A stretch of DNA of 62,961 nt, the filler included, from Sphacelaria rigidula (Eukaryota): assembly GCA_964200075.2 (NCBI GenBank). It is 10 parts of 10 records of this genome, joined end to end, with 100 filler letters (N's around TTAATTAATTAA, not from the genome) between each part and the next. Parts side by side here need not be neighbours in the genome. Positions count along the whole stretch, not along the records: positions 1 to 6,207 come from CAXNAA020021508.1; positions 6,308 to 12,514 come from CAXNAA020021509.1; 8 more parts are not named here. One strand, given 5' to 3'. Positions within the stretch are counted from its first letter, which is position 1. Each line of letters opens with the position of its first letter. The notes under the pieces were generated by a model that was given only the letters and a program-made list of their open reading frames with translations, did not search any database and was not told where the DNA came from. Positions 1 through 10,155 of the stretch are shown here, piece by piece. A program made the translations under genes and the position numbers.

Positions 1-86
1 TTTTTTGTTTTTTTTGTTTTGTGGTGTTGTTTTTGTTTTTTTTTTCCATAACTAATTTTTTTTTTTTTCCCCCCCCCCCCCCCCCC

Positions 87-160
87 TGCTCCGTCTCGAA
101 AGGAATGCGTGGTCAATGGTCAAACGACTAAGGCATGCAATAAATGAGTACGCCCCCCCT
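87..160 (+). mobile_element. Short 3' fragment of oligo-C-tailed retroposon (subfamily B)
   Basis: GCTCCGTCTCGAAAGGAATGCGTGGTCAATGGTCAAACGACTAAGGCATGCAATAAATGAGTACG followed by a C-run. Also preceded by a C-run. Homologous to 10106-10155, 56966-57048, 62107-62149 and 62320-62355. Confidence 0.7.
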
Positions 161-635
161 CCCCCACTCCTTTCCCCGCGAACCCACCCTGTCGATTTGT
201 ACTATTAATACGACAGGCAGCTCGTAAAAAAAATGATGCCGCAGAAACGCCAGGGCGATGTTCATGGCCACATATTTTTTAACCAGGCGTGAGTCAACGG
301 CGAATTCAGGTAGGGTGTATAACTCTACAGTAAAGACTCACCGCCTTATCGTTTTCAACGTAATACACGTTCGAGGTCTTCATTGCAACTCTGAACACTT
401 GCAATCACTGTGGATCAACTCAAGGCACTACCAAGGCAGAGGCAAAGCACGTCAACACACCAGGGAGGACATGCACCACACACATGCCGACACAAACAAG
501 TTGTATAGCCTTACTCTTACGATATATATACCTAGCTATATTTTTTTTCACGTAAATCCATTTTGTGATGTTTACCGAACAGAAGCGGATGACCCTTACA
601 ATAAAATTCGGTGATACAGTAGCATCGTGTATGTT

Positions 636-878
636 TCATACGTTCTTGTAACGTACCCGGAGAAGCTTGGCGGTGTCCTTGGGAAGAGCGGCCATGGCCC
701 GGCTGCGCAGAAGCATGGTGATGTGAACCTGAACGCCGGACGACTTCTCCAGAGCAGTAACCATCTGATCTAGCTCTTTCAGCATGCCCAGCTGCACGGA
801 GTTGTACGGCCCCCTTTCGGGCAACTTCTTGGCATATTCGTTCAGTACCCCCAGTTCTTCGATCTTGAAGATCACCAT
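636..878 (-). CDS. Single-exon 80-aa hypothetical protein
   Basis: Intact ATG..TGA ORF with perfect Kozak GCCACC-ATG-G, strong GC3 codon bias (CTG, AAG, GAG) and a CAA/CAG-rich leader. No family recognised. Confidence 0.7.
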   Translation of the reverse strand: MVIFKIEELGVLNEYAKKLPERGPYNSVQLGMLKELDQMVTALEKSSGVQVHITMLLRSRAMAALPKDTAKLLRVRYKNV

Positions 879-1180
879 GGTGGCTGCTACTTATTCTGCG
901 GAGGAGGTGGTGTGCACTTCTTGTCGTTGTTGCTATTGCTTCTACTGTTCTGCTGCCGGAGTGCCGAGGCGTTGGGAGCAAAGGGAATGAAGCAGGAGGA
1001 ATACACGAGTGTCACCGTCAGCGCGTGGGTCTCACGTGGATGCTGGCAGTGTTGTTACGCAAAAGCGACAAAAAATACAAGGCAAGAGACCCAAGCGGGT
1101 GCACATGGATGAGGAACTACAGTAGATTCCTGTGATTTCCGCGACTGCGATTTTGAAGGCGAGGTTGTTTCGAAATAGAG

Positions 1181-1350
1181 CACACCCTGGACAATATATG
1201 CTCAATAGTTGCAATAGACGAGAAGTGTATTGCATTAAGAATATGCCTATTGCAACTATTGCCGGCCGACAATAGTTGCAATAGACCTATACTTTATGCA
1301 GTACGTTTCTTGTCTATTGCATATATTGACCATATGTTGTCCAAGGTGTG
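1181..1350. mobile_element. 170-bp fully palindromic MITE (foldback), hAT-like 8-bp TSD
   Basis: CACACCCTGGACAA...TTGTCCAAGGTGTG, symmetric about GGCC at 1264-1267. Flanks AAATAGAG (1173-1180) and AAATACAG (1351-1358) differ by one base. Confidence 0.75.
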
Positions 1351-2039
1351 AAATACAGACAAATAACATCGAGAGGACTGCGTTCGGTTCATACACATCA
1401 AGGTGGGTGTTGGAGGTGTGCTGTTTGTCCCCTACGCCCTTTTCTGACAACTAGGAGCAACGGAAGCAACGGACACGTTCGCGCGCGTGTTGGGTGTGTG
1501 GGGGCGGGAGGCGGCACTATCAGCACAATACGCACGTTTTTACTGTACGTATGGACGTGATGGGGACCTGAAAACAACCCAAGCGATAATACTGCTGCTA
1601 AAAACATGTGAACAATCTTGGCGTGATGATTCCGTTAGCCCCTGGCTGAATTACAATATTATTTAAGTTGAACACCACAGGGTAGTTGTAAACATATGAC
1701 ATATATAACGTTAACAATCCGACTTTGAGGGTCCGTACCGCCACGACGAATCTGGGACTTCGAGAGTCTCACTCCCCCCTTTTTCGCAACCGATACGACG
1801 TAACCAGCAACACAGCGGCAGTGAGGACATTTGGCAGGCATGCCGGGGCACGGTGGGACAACACGCCGAACAACGAGATACCAAAAACAGTCCAATTAAC
1901 CTGCATTCGCCACGTCGTTTCACAGCACACAGAAGTACGCACTTGCTGCTCAGAAGGATTCGTGCTGGAAGATATATCTACATTTGAATGTTTGCAACAA
2001 TATACAGCATCATAAATTATGACTTGGGTCGGAGTTACA

Positions 2040-2209
2040 CCAACTCTTATATGGGAGCGTTTAGATTTTTTTTTGCAATAATTTCAAACGACTTTTATTT
2101 TTGTCTTTGCCGTACTTGTGTATTTTGTGCCCGTTCATCATGATGAAGAAAAAAAAACGCCTCTGAAATTATTGCAAAATAAAATTTCAAACGCTCCCAT
2201 ACGAGTTGG
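2040..2209. mobile_element. MITE with ~46-bp imperfect terminal inverted repeats
   Basis: CCAACTC..ATGGGAGCGTTT..TTTGCAATAATTTCA (2040-2086) pairs with TGAAATTATTGCAAA..AAACGCTCCCATACGAGTTGG (2164-2209). Confidence 0.7.
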
Positions 2210-2211
2210 CC

Positions 2212-2227
2212 TTAGGGTTAGGGTTAG
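2212..2227 (+). repeat. Short interstitial telomere-like TTAGGG tract
   Basis: TTAGGGTTAGGGTTAG immediately after the right TIR of the MITE. Confidence 0.5.
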
Positions 2228-2554
2228 CGTTCTTGTTGTTTTTGCGCAAAAATCAGCCATGAATATACGACCAAAACTTTAGGTCGCCTCTGACCTTGAG
2301 ATCGATTGGGATTTTTCGCGCTAATGACTAAAAATACCGCGGGACAGACCCAGAGAGTCTAGTGAGTCATTCCGCAGGGTCAGAATCCGCCTAGCCCCCT
2401 CCCGGAGTAAAACGTGGAGCAAGGGTCAAAAAGTCACTTTCCCGACACATGTCTTTTACGGACAATTAGAAGCCGCCTCAAAACTGTATTTTCTCAAGAA
2501 CCCTCCGAACTTGTTTTTGGTTTCGGAGACATGATATTCTTCTGCATGTACCAA

Positions 2555-3003
2555 GAACAGCTGATAATCGAAATTGAGGACGGTGCTTTTCATTGAGGAT
2601 GAGAACCCAGCGGATTGAAATCTTCGTATCCACACCAAATCTTCGAAATATGATTTCATTCCTTCAACTACTACTGGTGGGTCCTGAGAAGTTCTACACG
2701 TCATACAAATTTGGATTGCGATGACCGAAATATTGGGGTCCTAAAAAAACAGTTTTTCTGGAATTTCGGCGATCCGATCGGATCGCCTGAATTTCCAAAT
2801 ATAGTTCCTTCATCTAGGACCCCGAAATTTCGGATATCGAAATCCAAATTAGTAGGGCGTGCAGCAGTTGTCAAAAGCCACCAGGAGGTGAAGGAATGGA
2901 ACCATATTTCGAAGATTTGATGTGGATTCGAAGATTTTAGTTCTCCGGGTTTTCATCCTCAATGAAAAACTCCGTCTTCATTTTTGATGATCGGCTGTTG
3001 TTC
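2555..3003. mobile_element. ~450-bp degenerate foldback (palindromic) element
   Basis: Perfect 20-bp central palindrome GGCGATCCGA|TCGGATCGCC (2768-2787). Arms stay alignable outward, e.g. TTTTCATTGAGGATGA / TCATCCTCAATGAAAA and AAATCTTCGAAATATG / CATATTTCGAAGATTT. Confidence 0.75.
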
Positions 3004-3055
3004 AAGGGGGCCAACGACATTTTTTCCGCAGGTCATCTTCCCCGCCCCCCTTTCT

Positions 3056-3417
3056 CGCCGTTTTTTCTTGTGCGGTAACCATGATGGTGGTCGAGTTAGA
3101 TCATATTTTGCGGGATGGAGAACTCGAACTCCGCACAAAGGGGATGATCGTACTACGCAGTGTTTAAATCGTGAGATACGCATGAGGCACTGTACCCCGT
3201 GGCTGTCTCCGGAAATGACGATACCAGTAAGTGAAGTAACTCATCGGATCCTTCGAGCAAAATGTTTCAGCAGGATATAGCTCACTCTTCATGCGACTCG
3301 TTGAACACGTCATAGCGCTTCGCGCTTGGCGTGCTCCGCCGCAGCTTTCTAGAGGTGCTGCGAGGTCAACAGTCTCGCCACTACGGCATACAAGATCATG
3401 AGTACCTGCCCCCTCCC
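3056..3417 (+). mobile_element. Oligo-C-tailed retroposon (subfamily A), internally deleted copy
   Basis: Colinear with 12812-13300 and with the reverse complement of 55236-55525. Ends CAAGATCATGAGTAC plus a C-rich tail. Confidence 0.7.
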
Positions 3418-5964
3418 ATCCCACACACACACACCCCACAGGCCTCTCCGCCTCGCGTTTTTTTGGGTGAAGATAAATCTTTCACAGCTGTTTTTAGCCC
3501 AAATATGGGTTTTGACAGCATGTTTAAGCGAAATACGGATATATCACGGCTGTTGTTAGCAAGCTTAGAGCCCAAGCATCACATATTCGGGGGGAGGGGG
3601 CGAGGGGAATACGGAGCTTTTCTGGTTGATTCCAAGTCGAACAACGGCGTTGCCAATTTGAGAAGCAGCTCATCAACCCACACACATCGATATATGTTGC
3701 ATCCACCTCCTCCACGAAACAAAAGAGACCGGGTATATGAAGCTTCGTGTAGAGAGAGGGTGTATGAATATTCGTGTAGAGAGTGGGTGTGTGAACCTCG
3801 GTAAAACTGCGTGGACTAAATGAACACAGGGGGCCCTCGAGCAAGCAGCCTCTCGCCACGAAGAGTGGGCGCGGTACCAGCACTCACTGCACTGCGCTTG
3901 TATCGATCTTCATCTCAGAGTATGTAAACTTCGATCCCCAGGCCTCGCCATGACAGTCTAACCGAACGTCAACAAGAAGAAAGCAGAAACAACCACCGTT
4001 CAGTTGTACTATGCCATTTCTCCCGCATCCTTCGAACTTGGAATCGCGAAGCGTAAGGGAGAAGAGAGTACGTGCGTCGCTGCTGTCTATTGTAAGATAG
4101 CACGTCTACTTATGCACAGAGCAAGCACGCGCTTCATGAGAAGAAACTACTCTGGACAAGCAATCCTCAACCTAGCATCAAGCAGTAAGAGGCACAATCC
4201 TGCGCAGGATTTGTTGTCGTCTCGTTGTATACGAGTATAATGAAGACTGTTGAACGGTACTGCACTGTACTGTTTGTCCTGTACGTGAGAACAACGGTGG
4301 ATGCCCACTGCGCTGACATCACCCGAGAGACAGCAAGGACCGCACGACAGTGACATAACATATCCACGGGCTTCATCGCATACGACGAAGAAACGGAAAC
4401 TAGATATGCGACGTATGACTGTATTTGCTGTGTTTGTCTTGGCTTTGGCCGACGCAAACGAACGGCGGAAACGGGGGGGGCGGTGTCGAGGCTCTCGCCG
4501 AACCAATGAGAGCAGCGTGAACCTCAAAAGTGTAAACAAGTACTCGTTTTATCCGGGCAGGCGCTTGTGATCACAACTACCAAATTGGGTGTTGCCGATG
4601 CTCGTCTGTACGCTACTGCATGCATCCATGTGCTCGTGTCCTTAACTCTCGGCACAAACTGTATCGAATGCGCACTTACCACTCACCACAGCCTGGCGCT
4701 CGAGAAGGTGGCAATTAGTCGGTGGGCCTGAACTAACGAGCAGATGATGGAAGTAGCCGAGAGGATGTGCCGGAGAGGTTGTTGGTTGTGGGAATGACGG
4801 GCGTTGGTATCACGTGATCGTCCCGAGAGGTGTTGTTGACTGCGGACCAAAGGATACACAGTGCGGAGAGTCGGTGCGACCGGTAGCAGCAGGTATCCTG
4901 AAAGTGGACCAAAAGAAAATTATTGGAAACATATTACGCGTACGGGGGAAGTTGCACAACACAGTATTTCAATCTTGAGGACTTTGGTTCATTTTATCCG
5001 ATATTTCCGGGTATTTAAGTTGGTCGGAGATTGGAACACAAACTACTCCCACCGAGGACACCACAGCTGTGTGCTACTACTGTTGTCCTGTTATCTGTTG
5101 TACGCCTGCCTGTGACCGGACTAGAGACAGCACCGCACAGAGGTAACTATTAGATACTCGTAGACAGTACGTATGGTCTCAGCACAGTAGTGTAGACAGC
5201 AACCGCAATGCACTATGATGCAGCAGTAACAACAGCAGTAGTGCACAAAAACAGCCAGCTTTGAGCATCGCAGTAGTACTCAAAGTATCAGTACAGACGG
5301 ATGAGTACAACACGCACGGCTGCTGCAGTGCAGCTATAGTTTGTACACTACTGCAGGCACGCACCGATGACTATATACACGCAAGAACTAAAGAGAATTG
5401 TGCAGTACACGCGCACAGTAAACAGTCGTCAACAGCAGATAGTACGGCGGCCACGCTGTTCCGTATTATACCAAGTGGTCTTATCGCAAGTAGTAAGTGT
5501 ATCACGCGTGCAAGTGCTTCCATCTTGATGCTACAGACAGTATACAAAAATATCCGCCCAAACGGTTTGAGGAACTGTTGTTTGTTTTTGTTGTAGAAGG
5601 AAGAACTGAACGTGGTAAGCTGTGTCAGAAGTTTTCAAGTTTTTGTTTCTCCGGACGCGACGAAGAACCATCATACTTCGGACGAAATAAAATAATTGAT
5701 TTGAATTAACGGTTACGGATACAGCAGTCCATCTGGATCACGTATATTTTTTTCACTGACCGAGGGAATTGATGCCGATTCGGTAGGTGACCTACCCCAG
5801 CTGGGCCAGCCTAAAAACGAATTTAAGCCTTATAGACCCACTTTTAAGCAAACGAATCCCGATTTTTTTGGACCCCGATTTTGAAAAATCGGGGGGACTC
5901 AAATTCGTGTAGTCAAAATCGGGGTGACCATTTTATGGTACAGACGGTACAGTATCACAGATTT

Positions 5965-6207
5965 GTGAAACGGTTCTTTACCCAGACGGACATTTTCTGG
6001 ATGAGTGCGGTACTGCGATCTCGTGCATGAAGCCAAAGAGCAGGCAGGCGTTCAACAATCCTCCGAGTACCAGTGGTACAGTGTCGTAACTTGATACCCT
6101 ATGGGTAATACAGTGGAGGACACTTCATCAGTGCAGTACATGATAAGTGAAACGGTTCTGTACACAGACGGTCATTTTTTGCATGAGTGTGGTACTGCGT
6201 TCTCGTG
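5965..6207 (+). repeat. ~62-bp direct repeat (period ~182 bp) at contig end
   Basis: GTGAAACGGTTCT..CAGACGG..CATTTT..GATGAGTG.GGTACTGCG.TCTCGTG occurs at about 5965-6027 and 6147-6207. Confidence 0.6.
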
Positions 6208-6307
6208 NNNNNNNNNNNNNNNNNNNNNNNNNNNNNNNNNNNNNNNNNNNNTTAATTAATTAANNNNNNNNNNNNNNNNNNNNNNNNNNNNNNNNNNNNN
6301 NNNNNNN
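6208..6307. other. Artificial contig spacer
   Basis: N44-TTAATTAATTAA-N44, which gives stop codons in all six frames. Confidence 0.99.
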
Positions 6308-6332
6308 CAACAAATGAGTCCCCCCCCCCCCC

Positions 6333-6412
6333 GGTCCGGCAAAAATTCGGCGCGCTCCGTCCCGCGCTTAGAGGGATGTGAGGTCAATAGCCTCATGACC
6401 ACGGTGTGCAAC
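6333..6412 (+). mobile_element. Oligo-C retroposon fragment (subfamily A)
   Basis: GGTCCGGCAAAAATTCGGCGCGCTCCGTCCC..GAGGTCAATAG matches 13134-13200. Confidence 0.6.
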
Positions 6413-6718
6413 TGAACCAATACACGAGATTAGTTTGCTGTGATCGTCGTTGGGGACGATAACTTGAGGAAAATCGGGATTCTTCACCCACCTGCGTATC
6501 GAACTAGTATCGCCTATCGGAACAATAACAACTCAGAACATTGAGAGATGAGGTAGATAACGACACAGTGAATTGCGTAGCGAAAACAACACAGTAACTA
6601 GCCCAGCCCCCCCCCCCCCCCCGCCCATATCCTCTGCCCCATGGTTTTTGTTTGGGACGAACAGGGTTTTGTGGCATGTGCTTCGAAGGGCCGAAGGTAC
6701 GAGTACGAGGCCTCTTGT

Positions 6719-6814
6719 ACGATCCGCAGCATCCTGTTTCGTCAGCACACACTCGCCAACCTGATTATCTACCGTAGTCGTGAAGAGACCTTCGCCTGCC
6801 CCATGAATGGAGGA
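6719..6814 (-). pseudogene. SET-domain-like coding relic
   Basis: SSIHGAGEGLFTT...GECVLTKQDAADR resembles SET motifs (S-x-I-x-G-A-G-x-G-L-F and GE-x-LT-xx-(E/D)A-xx-R). Flanking frames are broken and no NH motif is seen. Confidence 0.4.
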
Positions 6815-7359
6815 GTCACGACGTGGCGATACAGAAGAGCGGTCACGCTGGTTTTGCAACCGACAGTGCTTTATCATGAACGGAGTCTACACGCCGCCCC
6901 AACGTGCTCTGCACCGTAAGCTTGCCCGCGCCGACACAGCCACAGCCGATGGTCTGTTTGTGTGCCCGCCCATTTGCTCCGCGAAGAAACACAGGCCATA
7001 CTCCCAGAACTTCCCGTTAATCGTGGATTTGCCTTGTATCCTAGGAAATTGTGCTCAAGGGGCTCACGTCTTGCACGAGAAAAATCTTGTCTGATACTTA
7101 AAGAGGTCACCCGCCCCGGAGTGGGGAGACATCGTTCCGACCGTTCAAGTGCATTGTAGTATGACATATCCATAACTTGACAACAACTGCAGAATATGAA
7201 CCTCATTCATTATCGCGACAAACTTGAGACAGAAATGGGGCCCGAAGCATTGAGGAGCAAGTGTGTTGTGTGACAACAGCTGAAGACCGTGCATGACCCG
7301 CAGTCGACTTTTCCTTCTTTTTTTTTACTCAACTACCGGGGACGGCGCACACTACTCAC

Positions 7360-7480
7360 TTGAGATCCCGACATGGGAATTTCCGCTTCGAGTTGAAAAC
7401 GCCTTCCATAAAATCCAGGCTCGCACCGCAAGGGTCGTCGTTCGAAAAGGCCTGGTACTTCTCCTTTTTTGTGCCCCCCT
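7360..7480 (-). CDS. Sulfotransferase gene, internal exon
   Basis: TGCAG| acceptor and |GTGAGT donor. Phase-compatible with exon 7737-7888. Encodes EGGTKKEKYQAFSNDDPCGASLDFMEGVFNSKRKFPCRDL. Confidence 0.75.
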
Positions 7481-7500
7481 CTGCAGAGCACAAACAACGC

Positions 7501-7555
7501 CAAAAAAACGAAAAAAACGAAAAAAACGAAAAAAACGAAAAAAACGAAAAAAACA
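7501..7555. repeat. (GAAAAAAAC)n 9-bp tandem repeat in intron
   Basis: About six copies, forming a pyrimidine tract on the minus strand upstream of the acceptor. Confidence 0.85.
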
Positions 7556-7736
7556 CGCAGCATGAGCGAGGCATGTTTGGCCACACTAAAGCATAGCAAA
7601 ACATGCAGAAACGCCACCGTATCAGTGGGGAACAAGGCAAACGGCGGATCAGGAAATAGAAGTAACGGTTTGCGTGGGGTTCCAGTTTTCCCGTCAGATA
7701 TGGGTATTTTCCTTATCTTATATTCTTCATGCCTAC

Positions 7737-7888
7737 CTGGCCACATGGAGAATGACGCCTGCGACGTCGCCGTCTCGAACATGGCTCTGAACCACGTGCT
7801 GCCCGTTCGGGGTACCGAAGGCATATGTATCCTGCAGTAGCCTGTCTTTTGCACTCTCCTGTCGGCTTCCTCCGAACCGTGCTGATAT
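7737..7888 (-). CDS. Sulfotransferase gene, exon with 5'-phosphosulfate-binding loop
   Basis: CTAAC branch point, CAG| acceptor and AG|GTAGGC donor. Encodes YCRIHMPSVPRTGSTWFRAMFETATSQASFSMWP, matching the P-[KR]-[ST]-G-[ST]-T-W PAPS motif, with WSCD-like W-x-R-xxx-E-x-AT after it. Confidence 0.8.
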
Positions 7889-8073
7889 CTGGTCGGAATT
7901 GGTTAGAATTGTGTGAATAATTGCGTTAGTAGTAGCAAAGAAGAAAAAGAAGGCGGAAGGCGGAAGGCGAAAGGCGGAAGACGGAAGACGGTCCAAAAAA
8001 GAGAATATCCTGGTACGCGAAGAGCGTGACTGTTGAGCGTGCAAAAAATGGGTGCATATTACAGACCCAGATA

Positions 8074-8104
<31 letters not shown>

Positions 8105-8215
8105 TCTCTCTCAAGTACAGTAGGTTTGCCTATTTCACGTGATTGTTTGTACGTCCGGAAAAATAACACCTATTTCTTACGAATCGCTTGGGTTTTTTCT
8201 TGGGAGTTTTGATAC

Positions 8216-8352
8216 CTGATTTCCGTCGAATTGTAAGGTGTGAGGACAATAGTAGCAAAAAAGAGTTTGACGAGAGTCGACGCGGTCAGGGAGGAAATAC
8301 TGATAATCATGATCCAATCCGCGTAGCCCCACCTTCCTTCAGCCCGTTCTAA
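8216..8352 (-). CDS. Tentative upstream exon of sulfotransferase gene (hydrophobic segment)
   Basis: CAG| ... AG|GTATCA, phase 0 to 2, fitting both neighbouring exons. WIMIISISSLTASTLVKLFFATIVL may be a TM anchor. An alternative frame is also open over part of it. Confidence 0.4.
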
Positions 8353-8643
8353 CTGACGATGCATTGCGAATTGTGCCGCCATACTGTGACACATCGTGGT
8401 AATCTGTGAATCGACGCGCGTCTTCCGATCCACGTAGCACTGCGATCCGACAAGTTCGCATCAAACGAAATACCGAACTGTATTCGGCTGCGAAGTGTAG
8501 AGAGTTGAGGGTGGCATACATGTGCGGCGGATTTGGGGGGGGAAAAACGGCTGAAATCGAATTTTCGGTTACAGTCGGTTGTGCCGCGGCCGCAGAGTGA
8601 TGGTGCCGCACAGGTTGTAGTTGTACAACAAATCGTGTCGTAC

Positions 8644-8732
8644 TGTAGGCACGCAGAACATGTGCGGACCGGGAGCAGTGGGTGAAGGAAGCTTGTAGAG
8701 AACGTCAAAGTTCCGGCTGAGGTTGTCGTCCT
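8644..8732 (-). CDS. Tentative upstream exon of sulfotransferase gene
   Basis: TTGTAG| ... |GTACGA. Encodes EDDNLSRNFDVLYKLPSPTAPGPHMFCVPT. Confidence 0.45.
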
Positions 8733-9109
8733 CTACAACCAAGTCAACCGTTTTTCGAAAAAAAAAAAACGCAACTGCGCTGCTCAACTTTGAGTCCTTT
8801 ACTCTGAAATGTGTTGACACGATGTACATGAGGTACGTGCAAAGTCCCTACCGTTATCCCATCACTTTTTTTCGTTCCTCGTGAGTTATCGGTAATCGAA
8901 ATTTCAGAACAACTTTCCGGTACAAATTCCTCGACAACTCATTGACAAAATAAAACCAGGAGGCGGGGGGTCAACAGGGTTTTCAAATATACCTCGTGCA
9001 CTTTGTGTCAAAAATTCATGAATAAAAACCTGAAATTGAATGGCATAACCGCGGTTCAAAGTTTCCTGTTCGCGTCGGGGCTGGTCCATCTCCACATAGG
9101 AACCGGTTT

Positions 9110-9400
9110 TCGACATGAAAGCGCGATTTCCCTGCGCAATTTCAAGTCGTTTTCGATTAATTTCGACACGTGTACAGAACGTATGTGCGAAGACCCCATC
9201 TTTCCTTTCCTGATATTTTCTCTTCCTTCCGTGATTCATCGACCACGGAACCTTTCAGAACATTTTTCAGAACTATATCGCAAATTACTTACGAAAAAAC
9301 AAAAAAAAATGTATGGAATCTTCGCACATACGTCCTGTACATCGTGTCAAAATTTAATCGAAAACGACTCAAAAATTGAGCACGGAAATCGCGTGTCAAT
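9110..9400. repeat. Degenerate inverted repeat / nested foldback
   Basis: CGATTAATTTCGACACGTGTACAGAACGTATGTGCGAAGA (~9154) is inverted relative to TCTTCGCACATACGTCCTGTACATCGTGTCAAAATTTAATCG (~9319-9360). Related motifs occur at about 8815-8850 and 8990-9020. Confidence 0.55.
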
Positions 9401-9441
9401 ATTCCTGTTCGCATCTTGGGCGGCCAAGCATAAACCCGCAT

Positions 9442-9745
9442 AATGCCTTGCTGTACTCGTTGAGACGGTTCCAGCACACCTGTGCGTTTTCCCGGTGGCC
9501 GCAGTTTTTTTGTTGCCCAGACTTGCGTTTTTCTCGGAGACCGGTCATTCTTTTCGGATATCGATCGAGTCCAGAAAACTTTCCGAGATTCGTCTAGGCT
9601 TGACCTGTCTCCAAGAGATATGGCCGGTCACGGAGGAAAATGACCTGTCTTCGAAAAAATACAAAATTGGGCGACACAAACGCTGCGGCCACCGGAAAAA
9701 TGCATAGGTGTGCTGGAACCGTCTCAACGAGTACAGCAAGGCATT
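9442..9745. mobile_element. 304-bp MITE with long TIRs
   Basis: AATGCCTTGCTGTACTCGTTGAGACGGTTCCAGCACACCT is a perfect ~40-bp TIR. Imperfect pairing extends to about 110 bp. Confidence 0.85.
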
Positions 9746-9885
9746 CCAAGGTGTCAAAATCCGCCTAGCTCTCTCCTAGGGCATAACCACGCAGAAGCTC
9801 CACAGAGGCACATAGTCAAATTCTTATCTGTGTTTCGCCATAAGGAGAAGCCTAAGGTACCATATTTTTTAATACAGAACGTACA

Positions 9886-10100
9886 GCTTTCTACGATAGC
9901 CCCTCCTCAAAACGTCCACGGTTCTGGTGGGCAAAATCTCCACGTAAATCGAAATGGGATTAGCCGAACACAACGAGCAGCTGGGAATTCCCACGCTTGG
10001 GTTCGTTCTAGCCAATGTCGCCAATATGGGGCGCTTCATGCGGTCTGAAACCTAACTTCCGGCGCTGTATGGCCATTTTTTTCGTGACACTTTTGAGCTG
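9886..10100 (+). mobile_element. Copy of the GATAGCCCCC-TIR MITE family (right end missing)
   Basis: Colinear with 27818-28067 (CTGGGAATTCCCACGCTTGG; TTTCGTGACACTTTTG). A second partial copy lies at about 10225-10371. Confidence 0.7.
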
Positions 10101-10105
10101 GAAAA

Positions 10106-10155
10106 GTGCTCCGTCTCGGAAGGATGCATGGCCAATGATCAAACAACTAAGGCAA
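10106..10155 (+). mobile_element. Oligo-C retroposon fragment (subfamily B)
   Basis: GTGCTCCGTCTCGGAAGGATGCATGGCCAATGATCAAACAACTAAGGCAAGCAACAAATG. Confidence 0.6.

Noticed and set aside
1690..1790. Copia PPT (AAAAAGGGGGGAG-TG on the minus strand) plus LTR start
   Set aside because: No adjacent RT/RNase H remnant or second LTR to support it.
4405..4800. Harbinger-like transposase N-terminus (RRKRGGRCRGSRRTN) or LTR/PBS
   Set aside because: Only a short basic motif, with no downstream DDE residues or paired LTR visible.
5130..5450. TACAG/GTAC-rich tract (also 53760-54180) as a structured repeat
   Set aside because: Degenerate low-complexity sequence with no definable unit or boundaries.
6252..6263. 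Regularly spaced TTAATTAATTAA as a biological repeat or CRISPR-like array
   Set aside because: Always embedded in N44 blocks at ~6.3-kb intervals, so it is an assembly linker.
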